Source: an uncultured Verrucomicrobiota bacterium (GTDB lineage: Bacteria; Verrucomicrobiota; Kiritimatiellia; RZYC01). Taken from it: a stretch of DNA of 64,000 bases. The position numbers were made by a program, and so were the translations under genes. The number at the start of each line of letters is the position of its first letter. The stretch's first letter is position 1. The DNA lies in NCBI GenBank assembly GCA_964490935.1, contig CAZBEO010000006.1, forward strand, positions 5,261 through 69,260. Reading direction: 5' to 3'. The notes beneath the pieces were generated by a model. It was not told the origin of the DNA and made no database searches. It was given only the letters and a program-made list of their open reading frames with translations. Below, piece after piece: positions 11,566 through 22,847 of this stretch.

Positions 11566-12339
11566 ATGAAGGACACAGCCACTAAACAGCCGAAAAAGCC
11601 CGAACAAGACCCCAGGAAACGGCGGGTCATCATCCGCACTATCGGCATGAAAAAGGAATACAACCGGGGCGGTGAAATCACCCAGGCCCTGCGCGGCGTG
11701 GACGTCGAACTCTATACCGGCGAATTCATCGTGGTCATGGGCCCCTCCGGCTCCGGGAAAAGCACCTTCTTCAATATGATCGGCGCGCTCGACAGCCCCT
11801 CACACGGGCGCGTATTCATCGACGAAGTGGACGTGGCCCAACTCACCGCCGAAGAACTCGCCTTTCTGCGCTGCCGAAAAATCGGCTACATCTTTCAATC
11901 CTACAATTTGATTCAATACATGACCGCCCTGGAAAATGTGACCACGCCCATGGCCTTCGGCGGTGTGGACCCCGATCAGGCGCGCAAGCGTGGCATGGAC
12001 CTCCTCGAACTGGTCGGCCTGGGAGACCGCTGGTTCCACCGCCCCATCGAAATGTCCGGCGGACAGCAACAGCGCGTCGCCATCGCCCGCTCCCTGGCCA
12101 ATCAACCTTCCGTTCTGCTGTGCGATGAACCCACTGCCAATCTCGACCATCACACCGGGGATGAAATTCTCGCCATCCTGCAGAAATTGAACACCGAGCG
12201 CGGCGTTACCATTATCTGCGCCACCCACGATCACCGGATGATGAACGTGTGCGACCGCCTGCTCTGGATACGCGACGGAGCCATCGAGCGCATTGCCCGT
12301 CGCGACGAAGTGGAAGTGGAACTTGGAAGCATTGATTAG
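11566..12339 (+). CDS. ABC transporter ATP-binding protein, MacB/LolD-type
   Basis: Walker [19 protein letters not shown], signature [15 protein letters not shown], Walker B LLCDEPTANLD, H-loop ATHD. Paralog of 19291-20016. Confidence 0.93.
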   Translation: MKDTATKQPKKPEQDPRKRRVIIRTIGMKKEYNRGGEITQALRGVDVELYTGEFIVVMGPSGSGKSTFFNMIGALDSPSHGRVFIDEVDVAQLTAEELAFLRCRKIGYIFQSYNLIQYMTALENVTTPMAFGGVDPDQARKRGMDLLELVGLGDRWFHRPIEMSGGQQQRVAIARSLANQPSVLLCDEPTANLDHHTGDEILAILQKLNTERGVTIICATHDHRMMNVCDRLLWIRDGAIERIARRDEVEVELGSID

Positions 12340-12353
12340 AAACTAAAAACAAT

Positions 12354-15300
12354 TTGAATGAAAACAGGACCCCATTGAAAAAACGGAGAGTCAACGTGTC
12401 AAAACGCTTAGGGATTACAGGATGGTTGGCGCTGAGCCTGCTTCTGCTTGCGCAGAGCGGTGCCCCGGCGGCAACGGAACAATTTCTCAACGATGTGCGG
12501 AGTCTCACCGCCGCACCGCACCGCCTCGGCGGTACCGAAGAATACGGACGCGCCGCCGACTACGTGCAGCAGCGCCTGACGGATCTCGGCTTGGATGAAG
12601 TCTTTGTCCAGGAATTTCCCTCGGCTCAGACGAAAGTGCTGCGCTGCGAGGCCGTCGCTCCCGGCGGACGCGTCATTCCGCTGGTTCCTGATCGTCCCAA
12701 CGGAATTATCCCGCCTGTCAGCGGGCCCGAAGGCATCACCGGCGAACTTGTTTACGTCGGAACCGGCACGCAGGAAGACTTCCAACGCGCCAATCCCTCC
12801 GGAAAAATAGCCGTCATGGACTATAACTCCGGCGATCAGTTTCTTCAGGTCTTCCGCCTCGGTGCCAAGGCCATTATCTTCGTACGCCAGGAGCCCGCAC
12901 TCGCCTGGAATCACCATTATGTCAACGCCAACGCCAATCTGCCCCGCTACTTCCACGATGGACGCGCCGAAGATCTGCCCCTGGGCGAAACCATCACCAT
13001 CCACAGCGAAATCGTCTGGGAGCGCGTCACCGGGCGCAACGTCATCGCCTACATCAAAGGCACCAACCCGGTCTTCAATTTTGACAAACCCGAGGTGCTC
13101 ATTCTAGCCGCCAATCTGGATACCTTCGGCGATGTGCCACGCCGCTCGCCGGGTGCACGCGGTGCCGCCAACTGCGCCGCCCTCCTCCAACTGGCCGAAC
13201 AATTCAAAAAGAACCCGCCCCGGCGCGACGTCCTCTTTCTCTTCACCGATATGAGCGCACGACTCCACGCCGGCGCCGCCGCCTTCTACTCCGCCCTCGA
13301 AGAAGACGATAAAAGATCCGACATCAACGCGCGCCTCGAATACTGGCAGCAGGAAACCGCCTTCCTGACCAACATGAACGTCCTGATTCAAAGCAGCGAC
13401 CCTCTCTCGCAATCCACCACCCCGCACGGACGCGACCTGGTCAAACGCCTACGCACCAAGGCCGCCGACTATGCCTACCTCGCCCGTGGCACCATCATGG
13501 AACTGCGCGAAGAACTCGACGCACTCAAGAATACCGAAGGAGATCACGCCGAACGCATCGCCCAACTCGAAGAGGAAATAGCCATCGGCGACGTAGATAA
13601 AGACCGCTGGAACGACCTCCGCCGCTACCTCGGAAAAGGGGAAACCGCCCCCGAGGTGAAAGACCTCTTCACCCAGGTACTTGATGCCGTCCACCGTGAC
13701 GCCGAAATACGAACGCGCGAACTCAAGGTGGATGAAAGCATGCTCAAGTCCGCCAAGCGCATCAAGAATCTCCTTGGCGATAAATGGATCAGCCTGCACA
13801 TGACCCTCCTCCTCGGCGATACCACTGACCGCTGGGGCGTCATCGTGGGGGGCAATTCTGAAATTCACTCCCCGCAGGATAACCCAGGCCTCTACGGAAA
13901 AATCAAAACCATCTTTCAGCAGGCCTGGCGCGACTTCGACGCCGCCGGGGAAACCCCGCGCCTGTTTGATACCTATTCCGTGGGTGAAACCCTCGCCGAA
14001 TCGCGACTCCTCTGGGCCGTGCCTATGCTCGTGCACAGCGGCGAAATCGCCGGACGTTTCGGCCTCTACAACATCGTCCTCGGCACCATCCAGGAACGCC
14101 TCGCTCGCGAAGGTACGCCCGATGATACCATGGAACTCATCAACATCGATGCCATCGAAAATGCCGCCGGTGAAATCGCCCTCATGCTCGGCGGAATCCG
14201 CGATGGCAAAAGAACGCCCAACGCCCTCGGCGTGGCCGATCAGGAAGCCCTCTCGATGCGGCGCTCCATCCGCACCGACAAACAGTTCATCACCTCCTAC
14301 TTCGCCAATGGACGCCCGCAGGGTGCGCTCTGCATGGGCCGTCAGCGCGGCAGCTCCATGCCCAACATGGCGGTGCCCGGCGCCACCGTGCAACTGTTCT
14401 CGCACCTGCCTTGGAACAACATCTTCTGGCCCTACAGCAAAGCCTATGGATTCGACCAGTTCTACGTGGTCATGAGCGACCAGAATGGAACCTACAGTTG
14501 CGGGCCGCTCCCCGAAGGCGACGGCAATGTCGTCGGGTTCTCCGCCGCCTTCGACGGAAAAGGCAACGTCAAGCTAGCCTCCGACAACGAATCCACCAAA
14601 CAAGCCCTCACGCGCCTGAACATGTTCAACGCCGCCGATGGTCTTTTCATGCTGCCGCCCGGCTTCTGGCAGGACCCTGCCCGGGTCATGAACGCACGCG
14701 CCAATGCCACCATCTCCGATGATACCGGCACCAAGGCCTATACCGAAACCACCGATGGCGTCATCCTCTTTTTCTGCGAAGACCGCATCCCCGGAATCAA
14801 GGCCTTCGAACTTGGAACCATCGCCGCACTCGCCTACACCCCCGACAAAAAAACAAAGGCCCGCGACGAGCAATACGGCGTCGGGTTCCCCCTCGATACC
14901 GACTGGACCACCATCCGCACCGCCAAACAATCCGTGTACGACATCTGGAACCTCAATGAATCGCGCCTCGCCATCATGCGTAGCCGCGACATCATGAACA
15001 GCTCACTTGAAGAACTTCACGGGCGTATTCAGGATACCCTCAATGAGGCCGAAAAGATCGATTCACCCGCACGGCAGGAAGCCATGTTTGCCGCCTCCTT
15101 CATGAGTGCACGCCCCGTCTACACTATGATCCGCGAAAGCATGGACGACCTCGTCACGGCCGTCCTTATTCTCCTCGCCCTTTGCGTACCTTTCGCCTTT
15201 GCCCTCGAACGCCTCCTGATCGGCGCTTCCATGATCTACAAACAGGTGATGTGGTTCACCATCTTCTTTATCCTCACCTTTGTGATTCTCTACCTCTCGC

Positions 15301-17213
15301 ACCCCGCCTTCGCCATCGCCCAAACGCCCATCATCATCTTCCTCGGCTTCGCCGTGGTGGTGCTTTCCACGCTCGTCATCGTCATCATCATGCGCAAATT
15401 CCAGCTCGAGCTGAAGGCGATTCAAGGCATGACGGCCTCCGTACACGCCTCCGACATTTCCCGCTTCAACACGGTCATGGCCGCCATGAGCATGGGCATA
15501 TCCACCATGCGCCGCCGCCCCCTGCGCACCGCTCTGACCGCCATCACCATCATCCTGCTCACCTTTACCATCCTCTGCTTCGCCTCGTTCGACACGCAGA
15601 AGGGTATTATCAAACTCTTTACCGCCCCCTCGCCCCCCTACACCGGCGTCCTGTTGCGCAACGCCACCTACGGCTCCTACAACCCCGATTACCTCGACAT
15701 CATCGACGCCCGATGGGGGGCCGACGCCATCGTCTGCCCGCGTTACTGGGTCTGCCCCGAGTTCAAAAACGACCCCGACTTTGTCGTCTCGCTTGAAGAC
15801 GGAAGCAATTCCGTTACCCTCCGGGGCATCCTCGGGCTTGATGCCAAAGAACTCGCCCAGCGCGAAGACCTGCGCGAACTGCTTCAGATTCAGAATCCGG
15901 ACGACATTGCCGACAAGGTCTTCATCACCGAAGCCGTCGCCGATTTGATCAAGGCCAAGCCCGGCGACCGCGTCATCATCCAGGGCCTGCGCCTAACCGT
16001 CGGCCCGCTCCTGCAATCCTCGAAATTTTCCATCGCCCGCGATATGGATGGTAGCAGCGTACTGCCCGTCGACTTCCTGGCCATGAAGGATGCTGGCGCG
16101 GATGTTAAACAGGCCTCGGGCGACGCCACCGACGATCAAGCCAAATGGAGCAGCTTGCCGGTGGACTCGATCGTCATCATGTCCAGCGCCAACGCCCTCC
16201 TCAACTACGGCAAATGCCATTGCATTCCAATTTATACCGAGGACTCCCAGCAGGCATCCGAAATCGCCGAGGACGCCGCACGCATGAGGGATAAAACCCC
16301 CATCATCGCCACCCGCAAGGATGGCGTCTACCGCCACATCCTCGGCACCGTCGTGGCTGCCTCTGGCGTGGGCGACCTGCTCTTCCCCGTACTGCTCGGT
16401 GGATTGGTCATCTTCGGCACCATGCTTGGTTCCGTGGCGGACCGCGAAAAAGAAATCTACACCTTCAGCGCGCTCGGTCTGGCCCCGCCGCATGTAGCGA
16501 GTCTCTTCTTTGCCGAAGCCATGGTCTATTCGGTGATCGGCGGGCTCGGCGGCTACCTCATCGCTCAGGGCTCCATGAAAATTCTCGGCTTCCTCGCCAC
16601 CTACGGCTGGGTCCAAGTGCCCGAAATGAACTACTCCTCCACCAACGCCATCGTCACCATTCTCATTGTCATGGCGACGGTCCTGGTGTCCGCCATTTAT
16701 CCTGCGGTCAAAGCCTCGAAGAGCGCCAATCCGGGCCTCCTACGCTCCTGGAAGCTGCCCCAACCCGAAGGCGATGTCATTGACCTGGTCTTCCCCTTCA
16801 CCGTCTCCGAATACGACCTAACCGGCGTGGTCAGCTTCCTGAAAGAACACTTCGAAGCCTTCAGCGATACCGGCTTGGGCTCTTTCATGGCACAAAAAAC
16901 AAAGCTCATCGTCCAGGAGAGCGGAAGCCTTGGTGTCGCGACCCGCCTGGCCATCGCGCCTTTTGACCTCGGCGTCACACAGGATATTTTCCTGAAGAGC
17001 GCCCCCAGCGAAATCCCGGGCATTGACGAGGTGAACATCCGGCTCACCCGCCGCTCCGGCCAGCCCAAGGACTGGGCCCGCCTTAATAAGGTACTCCTCA
17101 ATGACCTGCGCACCCAGTTCCTGCTCTGGCGCTCGCTCCCTGCCGAAACCATGGAAATTTACCGTCAAAGAACGTTGGCTCAAATACATGAAATGAAACA
17201 GGACCCGGCATAA
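12354..17213 (+). CDS. 1619-aa fusion: signal/TM anchor + M28-peptidase-like (apparently catalytically dead) periplasmic domain + two FtsX-type permease domains (about 8 TMs)
   Basis: M28-like block at about 13038-13300 (NVIAYIKGTNP...EVLILAANLDTFG...GARGAANCAALLQLAEQF...RRDVLFLFTDMSARLHAGAAAF) is collinear with M28 motifs, but the His/Asp-Asp/Glu-Glu ligands read N / R-G / S-A. FtsX-type TM bundles at about aa 925-1025 and 1330-1470 (PVLLGGLVIFGTMLGSVADREKEIYTFSALG...AIYPAVKASKSANPG). Confidence 0.75.
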   Translation: MNENRTPLKKRRVNVSKRLGITGWLALSLLLLAQSGAPAATEQFLNDVRSLTAAPHRLGGTEEYGRAADYVQQRLTDLGLDEVFVQEFPSAQTKVLRCEAVAPGGRVIPLVPDRPNGIIPPVSGPEGITGELVYVGTGTQEDFQRANPSGKIAVMDYNSGDQFLQVFRLGAKAIIFVRQEPALAWNHHYVNANANLPRYFHDGRAEDLPLGETITIHSEIVWERVTGRNVIAYIKGTNPVFNFDKPEVLILAANLDTFGDVPRRSPGARGAANCAALLQLAEQFKKNPPRRDVLFLFTDMSARLHAGAAAFYSALEEDDKRSDINARLEYWQQETAFLTNMNVLIQSSDPLSQSTTPHGRDLVKRLRTKAADYAYLARGTIMELREELDALKNTEGDHAERIAQLEEEIAIGDVDKDRWNDLRRYLGKGETAPEVKDLFTQVLDAVHRDAEIRTRELKVDESMLKSAKRIKNLLGDKWISLHMTLLLGDTTDRWGVIVGGNSEIHSPQDNPGLYGKIKTIFQQAWRDFDAAGETPRLFDTYSVGETLAESRLLWAVPMLVHSGEIAGRFGLYNIVLGTIQERLAREGTPDDTMELINIDAIENAAGEIALMLGGIRDGKRTPNALGVADQEALSMRRSIRTDKQFITSYFANGRPQGALCMGRQRGSSMPNMAVPGATVQLFSHLPWNNIFWPYSKAYGFDQFYVVMSDQNGTYSCGPLPEGDGNVVGFSAAFDGKGNVKLASDNESTKQALTRLNMFNAADGLFMLPPGFWQDPARVMNARANATISDDTGTKAYTETTDGVILFFCEDRIPGIKAFELGTIAALAYTPDKKTKARDEQYGVGFPLDTDWTTIRTAKQSVYDIWNLNESRLAIMRSRDIMNSSLEELHGRIQDTLNEAEKIDSPARQEAMFAASFMSARPVYTMIRESMDDLVTAVLILLALCVPFAFALERLLIGASMIYKQVMWFTIFFILTFVILYLSHPAFAIAQTPIIIFLGFAVVVLSTLVIVIIMRKFQLELKAIQGMTASVHASDISRFNTVMAAMSMGISTMRRRPLRTALTAITIILLTFTILCFASFDTQKGIIKLFTAPSPPYTGVLLRNATYGSYNPDYLDIIDARWGADAIVCPRYWVCPEFKNDPDFVVSLEDGSNSVTLRGILGLDAKELAQREDLRELLQIQNPDDIADKVFITEAVADLIKAKPGDRVIIQGLRLTVGPLLQSSKFSIARDMDGSSVLPVDFLAMKDAGADVKQASGDATDDQAKWSSLPVDSIVIMSSANALLNYGKCHCIPIYTEDSQQASEIAEDAARMRDKTPIIATRKDGVYRHILGTVVAASGVGDLLFPVLLGGLVIFGTMLGSVADREKEIYTFSALGLAPPHVASLFFAEAMVYSVIGGLGGYLIAQGSMKILGFLATYGWVQVPEMNYSSTNAIVTILIVMATVLVSAIYPAVKASKSANPGLLRSWKLPQPEGDVIDLVFPFTVSEYDLTGVVSFLKEHFEAFSDTGLGSFMAQKTKLIVQESGSLGVATRLAIAPFDLGVTQDIFLKSAPSEIPGIDEVNIRLTRRSGQPKDWARLNKVLLNDLRTQFLLWRSLPAETMEIYRQRTLAQIHEMKQDPA

Positions 17214-17284
17214 CCGGATGCACCGCCCCTGCTCTGCGGCTGCGCGCCGCCTGATCGGACGATGCAAACGAATGGATTAAGGCT

Positions 17285-19267
17285 ATGACAGAACGTATCG
17301 ACAAAGAACTGGAAGAATTCCGGCAAGTCATGGAGGTGCCCACCACCTTCGAAGATGGCTTTAACTGGACGTCCCTCATCGGCGCCATTTTTATTGCCCT
17401 GCTGATGGTGCCTGGCGCCATTTACATGGGCCTGCTCGCGGGCGTGGGAAACATCGGCTCCGCCTCGCAATGGGTCACCGTGATTCTCTTTATCGAAGTG
17501 GCCAAGCGCGCACACAAAAACCTAAAAAAAGCCGAAATCTTCGTCCTGTTCTTTATGGCGGGCGCCGCCATGGGTCTGCCCTTTTCGGGCCTGATCTGGA
17601 ATCAATTCTTCGCCCGGTCCGATGCCGCCATTGCCAACGGCATCGCTGAGAAACTCCCGGTCTGGTTCGCGCCGCTGGCCTCCTCGGACTCCTACACCCT
17701 GCGCAGCTTTATTCACCCCGACTGGCTGCCCGTGATCGGACTGATCGTCTTCGGAACCTTCTTCGGACAGCTCGCCAACATGGTCCTCGGCTACGGGCTT
17801 TTCCGCATCTCCAGCGACATTGAAAAACTCCCCTTCCCGATGGCGCCCGTCGGCGCGCAGGGTATCATGGCACTCGCGGAAGATGCCGACGAAAAGAACA
17901 TCGAACAACAGGAAAACCGATGGCGATGGCGTGTCTTTTCCATTGGCGGCGCCATAGGTCTAGCCTTCGGGGCCGTTTATCTCCTCTTGCCCACCCTGAC
18001 CGGCGCGCTCACCGGTGCGCCCATTCAGGTGCTGCCCATTCCCTTCTCCGACTTCACCGCCACCACCGGCAAATATCTGCCCGCCGTGGCCACCGGCATG
18101 TGCTGGGACCTAGGCAACCTGATCTTCGGCATGGTCCTTCCCTTCTTTGCCATGGTCGGCTCCTTTGTCGGGCTCATCGTGACCTTTGTGGCCAACCCCA
18201 TCCTCTATCACTACAACATCATTCACAACTGGACCATCGGCGACAACACCGTCACCACCCTCTACAAAAACAACATCGACTTCTACTTCAGCTTCCAGAT
18301 CGGCATTGCCGTGGCCATTGCCGTGGCCGGATTCTGGCAGGTCTTCCGCAGCTTCCAGAAGCGCAAACGGAATGCCGACAAAAAGCACAAGGAAATGGCT
18401 CACACCTACCCCGAAGGACGCGGCGACATCAGCGCATGGACCGTCATTCTCCTCTACTTCATCATCACCGTGATCTACATCCTGGTCTCCGGCTGGCTCG
18501 TGGATTGGCACCGCGGCATCATGATCGTCCTGCTGATTCTGGGGTTTGTCTATACGCCCTTCATCAGCTACGTCACCGCACGCCTCGAAGGTATGGTTGG
18601 GCAGGTCGTGGAAATCCCCTACATCCGCGAAGCGGCCCTCATCCTCAGCGGCTACTCCGGCGTGAAATGCTGGTTCCTGCCCATTCCCATCGCCAACTAC
18701 GGGTCTATGACCGTCTTCTACAAACAATGCGAACTCACCGGCACCAAATTCACCAGTATCTGGAAAACGCAGGTGGTTCTCTTTCCCATCATCCTGATCA
18801 GCTCCATCTTCTTCATGAACTTCATCTGGGGCCTCAATGAAGTCCCCTCCGCCGTCTATCCCTATGCCGACAAAATGTGGGAACTCCAGGCGGAAAATGC
18901 CTGTATCATGTTCTCGGCCACCCTCGGCGAATACTCCATCTTCGAGCAGGCCTTCAACTGGACCAACCTGACCACCGGTCTCATCTTCGGCGTCTTTCTC
19001 TTCGGGGGCATGAATGTGGTCGGTGCGCCCATCATGCTCACCTACGGCGTGGTGCGCGGCCTCGGCCAGACCGAACCCCACTGGGTACTCCCCCAGTTCA
19101 TCGGCGCACTCATCGGACGCTACTACTTTCAAAAAAGAATGGGGCTTAAATGGCGACAATACATCCCCGTCGTCAGCGCCGGATTCGCCTGCGGCATGGG
19201 ACTGATCACCACCGTCGGCGTCGGCATCACGTTCCTGAGCAAAGCGGCCATACCCCTGCCCTTTTAA
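17285..19267 (+). CDS. Polytopic membrane protein (660 aa), paralog of 7867-9981; possibly distant OPT (oligopeptide transporter) superfamily
   Basis: N-terminal GLLAGVGNIGSASQWVTVILF resembles the OPT first-TM/loop pattern (GLKAGxTVSASIPAAVI). EKLPFPMAPVGAQGIMA resembles the OPT [KE]LPFPEGTA motif. The C-terminal portions are collinear with 7867-9981. Confidence 0.55.
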   Translation: MTERIDKELEEFRQVMEVPTTFEDGFNWTSLIGAIFIALLMVPGAIYMGLLAGVGNIGSASQWVTVILFIEVAKRAHKNLKKAEIFVLFFMAGAAMGLPFSGLIWNQFFARSDAAIANGIAEKLPVWFAPLASSDSYTLRSFIHPDWLPVIGLIVFGTFFGQLANMVLGYGLFRISSDIEKLPFPMAPVGAQGIMALAEDADEKNIEQQENRWRWRVFSIGGAIGLAFGAVYLLLPTLTGALTGAPIQVLPIPFSDFTATTGKYLPAVATGMCWDLGNLIFGMVLPFFAMVGSFVGLIVTFVANPILYHYNIIHNWTIGDNTVTTLYKNNIDFYFSFQIGIAVAIAVAGFWQVFRSFQKRKRNADKKHKEMAHTYPEGRGDISAWTVILLYFIITVIYILVSGWLVDWHRGIMIVLLILGFVYTPFISYVTARLEGMVGQVVEIPYIREAALILSGYSGVKCWFLPIPIANYGSMTVFYKQCELTGTKFTSIWKTQVVLFPIILISSIFFMNFIWGLNEVPSAVYPYADKMWELQAENACIMFSATLGEYSIFEQAFNWTNLTTGLIFGVFLFGGMNVVGAPIMLTYGVVRGLGQTEPHWVLPQFIGALIGRYYFQKRMGLKWRQYIPVVSAGFACGMGLITTVGVGITFLSKAAIPLPF

Positions 19268-19290
19268 TGCCGGATTGGAAGGAAAGAAAC

Positions 19291-20016
19291 ATGACTAAAG
19301 AAGTGCTGATTGAAGTTCGCGGACTCAACAAGGTGTTTGACCTTGGCAAGATCAAGGTCCACGCCCTCAAAGAAATGGAAATGGATATTTTCCGCGGCGA
19401 ATACCTGTCCATCATGGGTCCTTCCGGCTCCGGCAAAAGCACCTTCTTCAACATGGTCGGTGCGCTCGATCGCCCTTCCTCCGGCACCGTCACCGTCGCC
19501 GGGGTCAGCCTCAACAAACTCAGCAGCCGCGAACTCGCCTACTTCCGAGGCAAACACATCGGCTACGTCTTTCAGCAGTTCAACCTGCTCCCCGCCTACA
19601 ACGCCATCGAAAACGTCTCCATGCCCCTCCTCTTCTGCGGATGGAAGGACCACGACGCCCACGAACGCGCCGTACAAGTGCTCGAACGTGTCGGCCTCGG
19701 GCACCGACTCACCCATCGGCCCGATGAACTCTCCGGCGGACAGCAGCAGCGCGTCGCCATTGCCCGCGCCCTCGCCAACGAACCCGCCATTATCCTGGCC
19801 GACGAACCCACCGGCAACCTCGACCTGCACACCGGCGAAGAAATCATCGCCCTGCTCAGCCAACTCAGCCGCGAAATGGGCGTCACCGTCATCTCCGCCA
19901 CACACGATCACAAAATGCTCGCCACCTCCGACCGTATCCTCTGGATCAAAGACGGACAAAAAGACCGCCTCGAGCGCCGCGAAGACATCAACATCAAGAT
20001 CGGCACCGTGAAATAG
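19291..20016 (+). CDS. ABC transporter ATP-binding protein, MacB/LolD-type (second copy)
   Basis: [16 protein letters not shown]...[18 protein letters not shown]...[15 protein letters not shown]...[11 protein letters not shown]. The ATG at 19291 has a GGAAGGAAAG RBS; the ORF-track start 19150 would overlap the upstream gene. Confidence 0.93.
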   Translation: MTKEVLIEVRGLNKVFDLGKIKVHALKEMEMDIFRGEYLSIMGPSGSGKSTFFNMVGALDRPSSGTVTVAGVSLNKLSSRELAYFRGKHIGYVFQQFNLLPAYNAIENVSMPLLFCGWKDHDAHERAVQVLERVGLGHRLTHRPDELSGGQQQRVAIARALANEPAIILADEPTGNLDLHTGEEIIALLSQLSREMGVTVISATHDHKMLATSDRILWIKDGQKDRLERREDINIKIGTVK

Positions 20017-20062
20017 CTCGGCGTCGCCGAGCGGGCGGGGTTGTCGACACGCGCCAAATAAC

Positions 20063-20096
20063 CCGTGGCGCTCGGAGAGCACCACGCTACCAACAC
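20063..20096. repeat. Intergenic repeat copy B (34 nt, identical to 3726-3759)
   Basis: Exact match. Lies between the convergent ABC ATPase (+) and purB (-). Flanked by palindromes ctcggcg-t-cgccgag (20017-20031) and ggcgcatg-gct-catgcgcc (20111-20129). Confidence 0.6.
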
Positions 20097-20187
20097 GGCC
20101 ATTTCCACTCTTGGACGGCGCATGGCTCATGCGCCTTTCAGCGTGACACGACCCAACGCATCGTAAGCGTCCGGGCGTTATCCGGCA

Positions 20188-22831
<2,644 letters not shown>

Positions 22832-22847
22832 GGTGTACCTCTTTGGT

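Noticed and set aside
19150-19290. Extended N-terminus (MATIHPRRQRRIRLRHGTDHHRRRRHH...) of the second ABC ATPase.
   Set aside because: Arg/His-rich and overlapping the upstream membrane-protein gene. The canonical ATPase N-terminus begins at the ATG at 19291, which has a good RBS.
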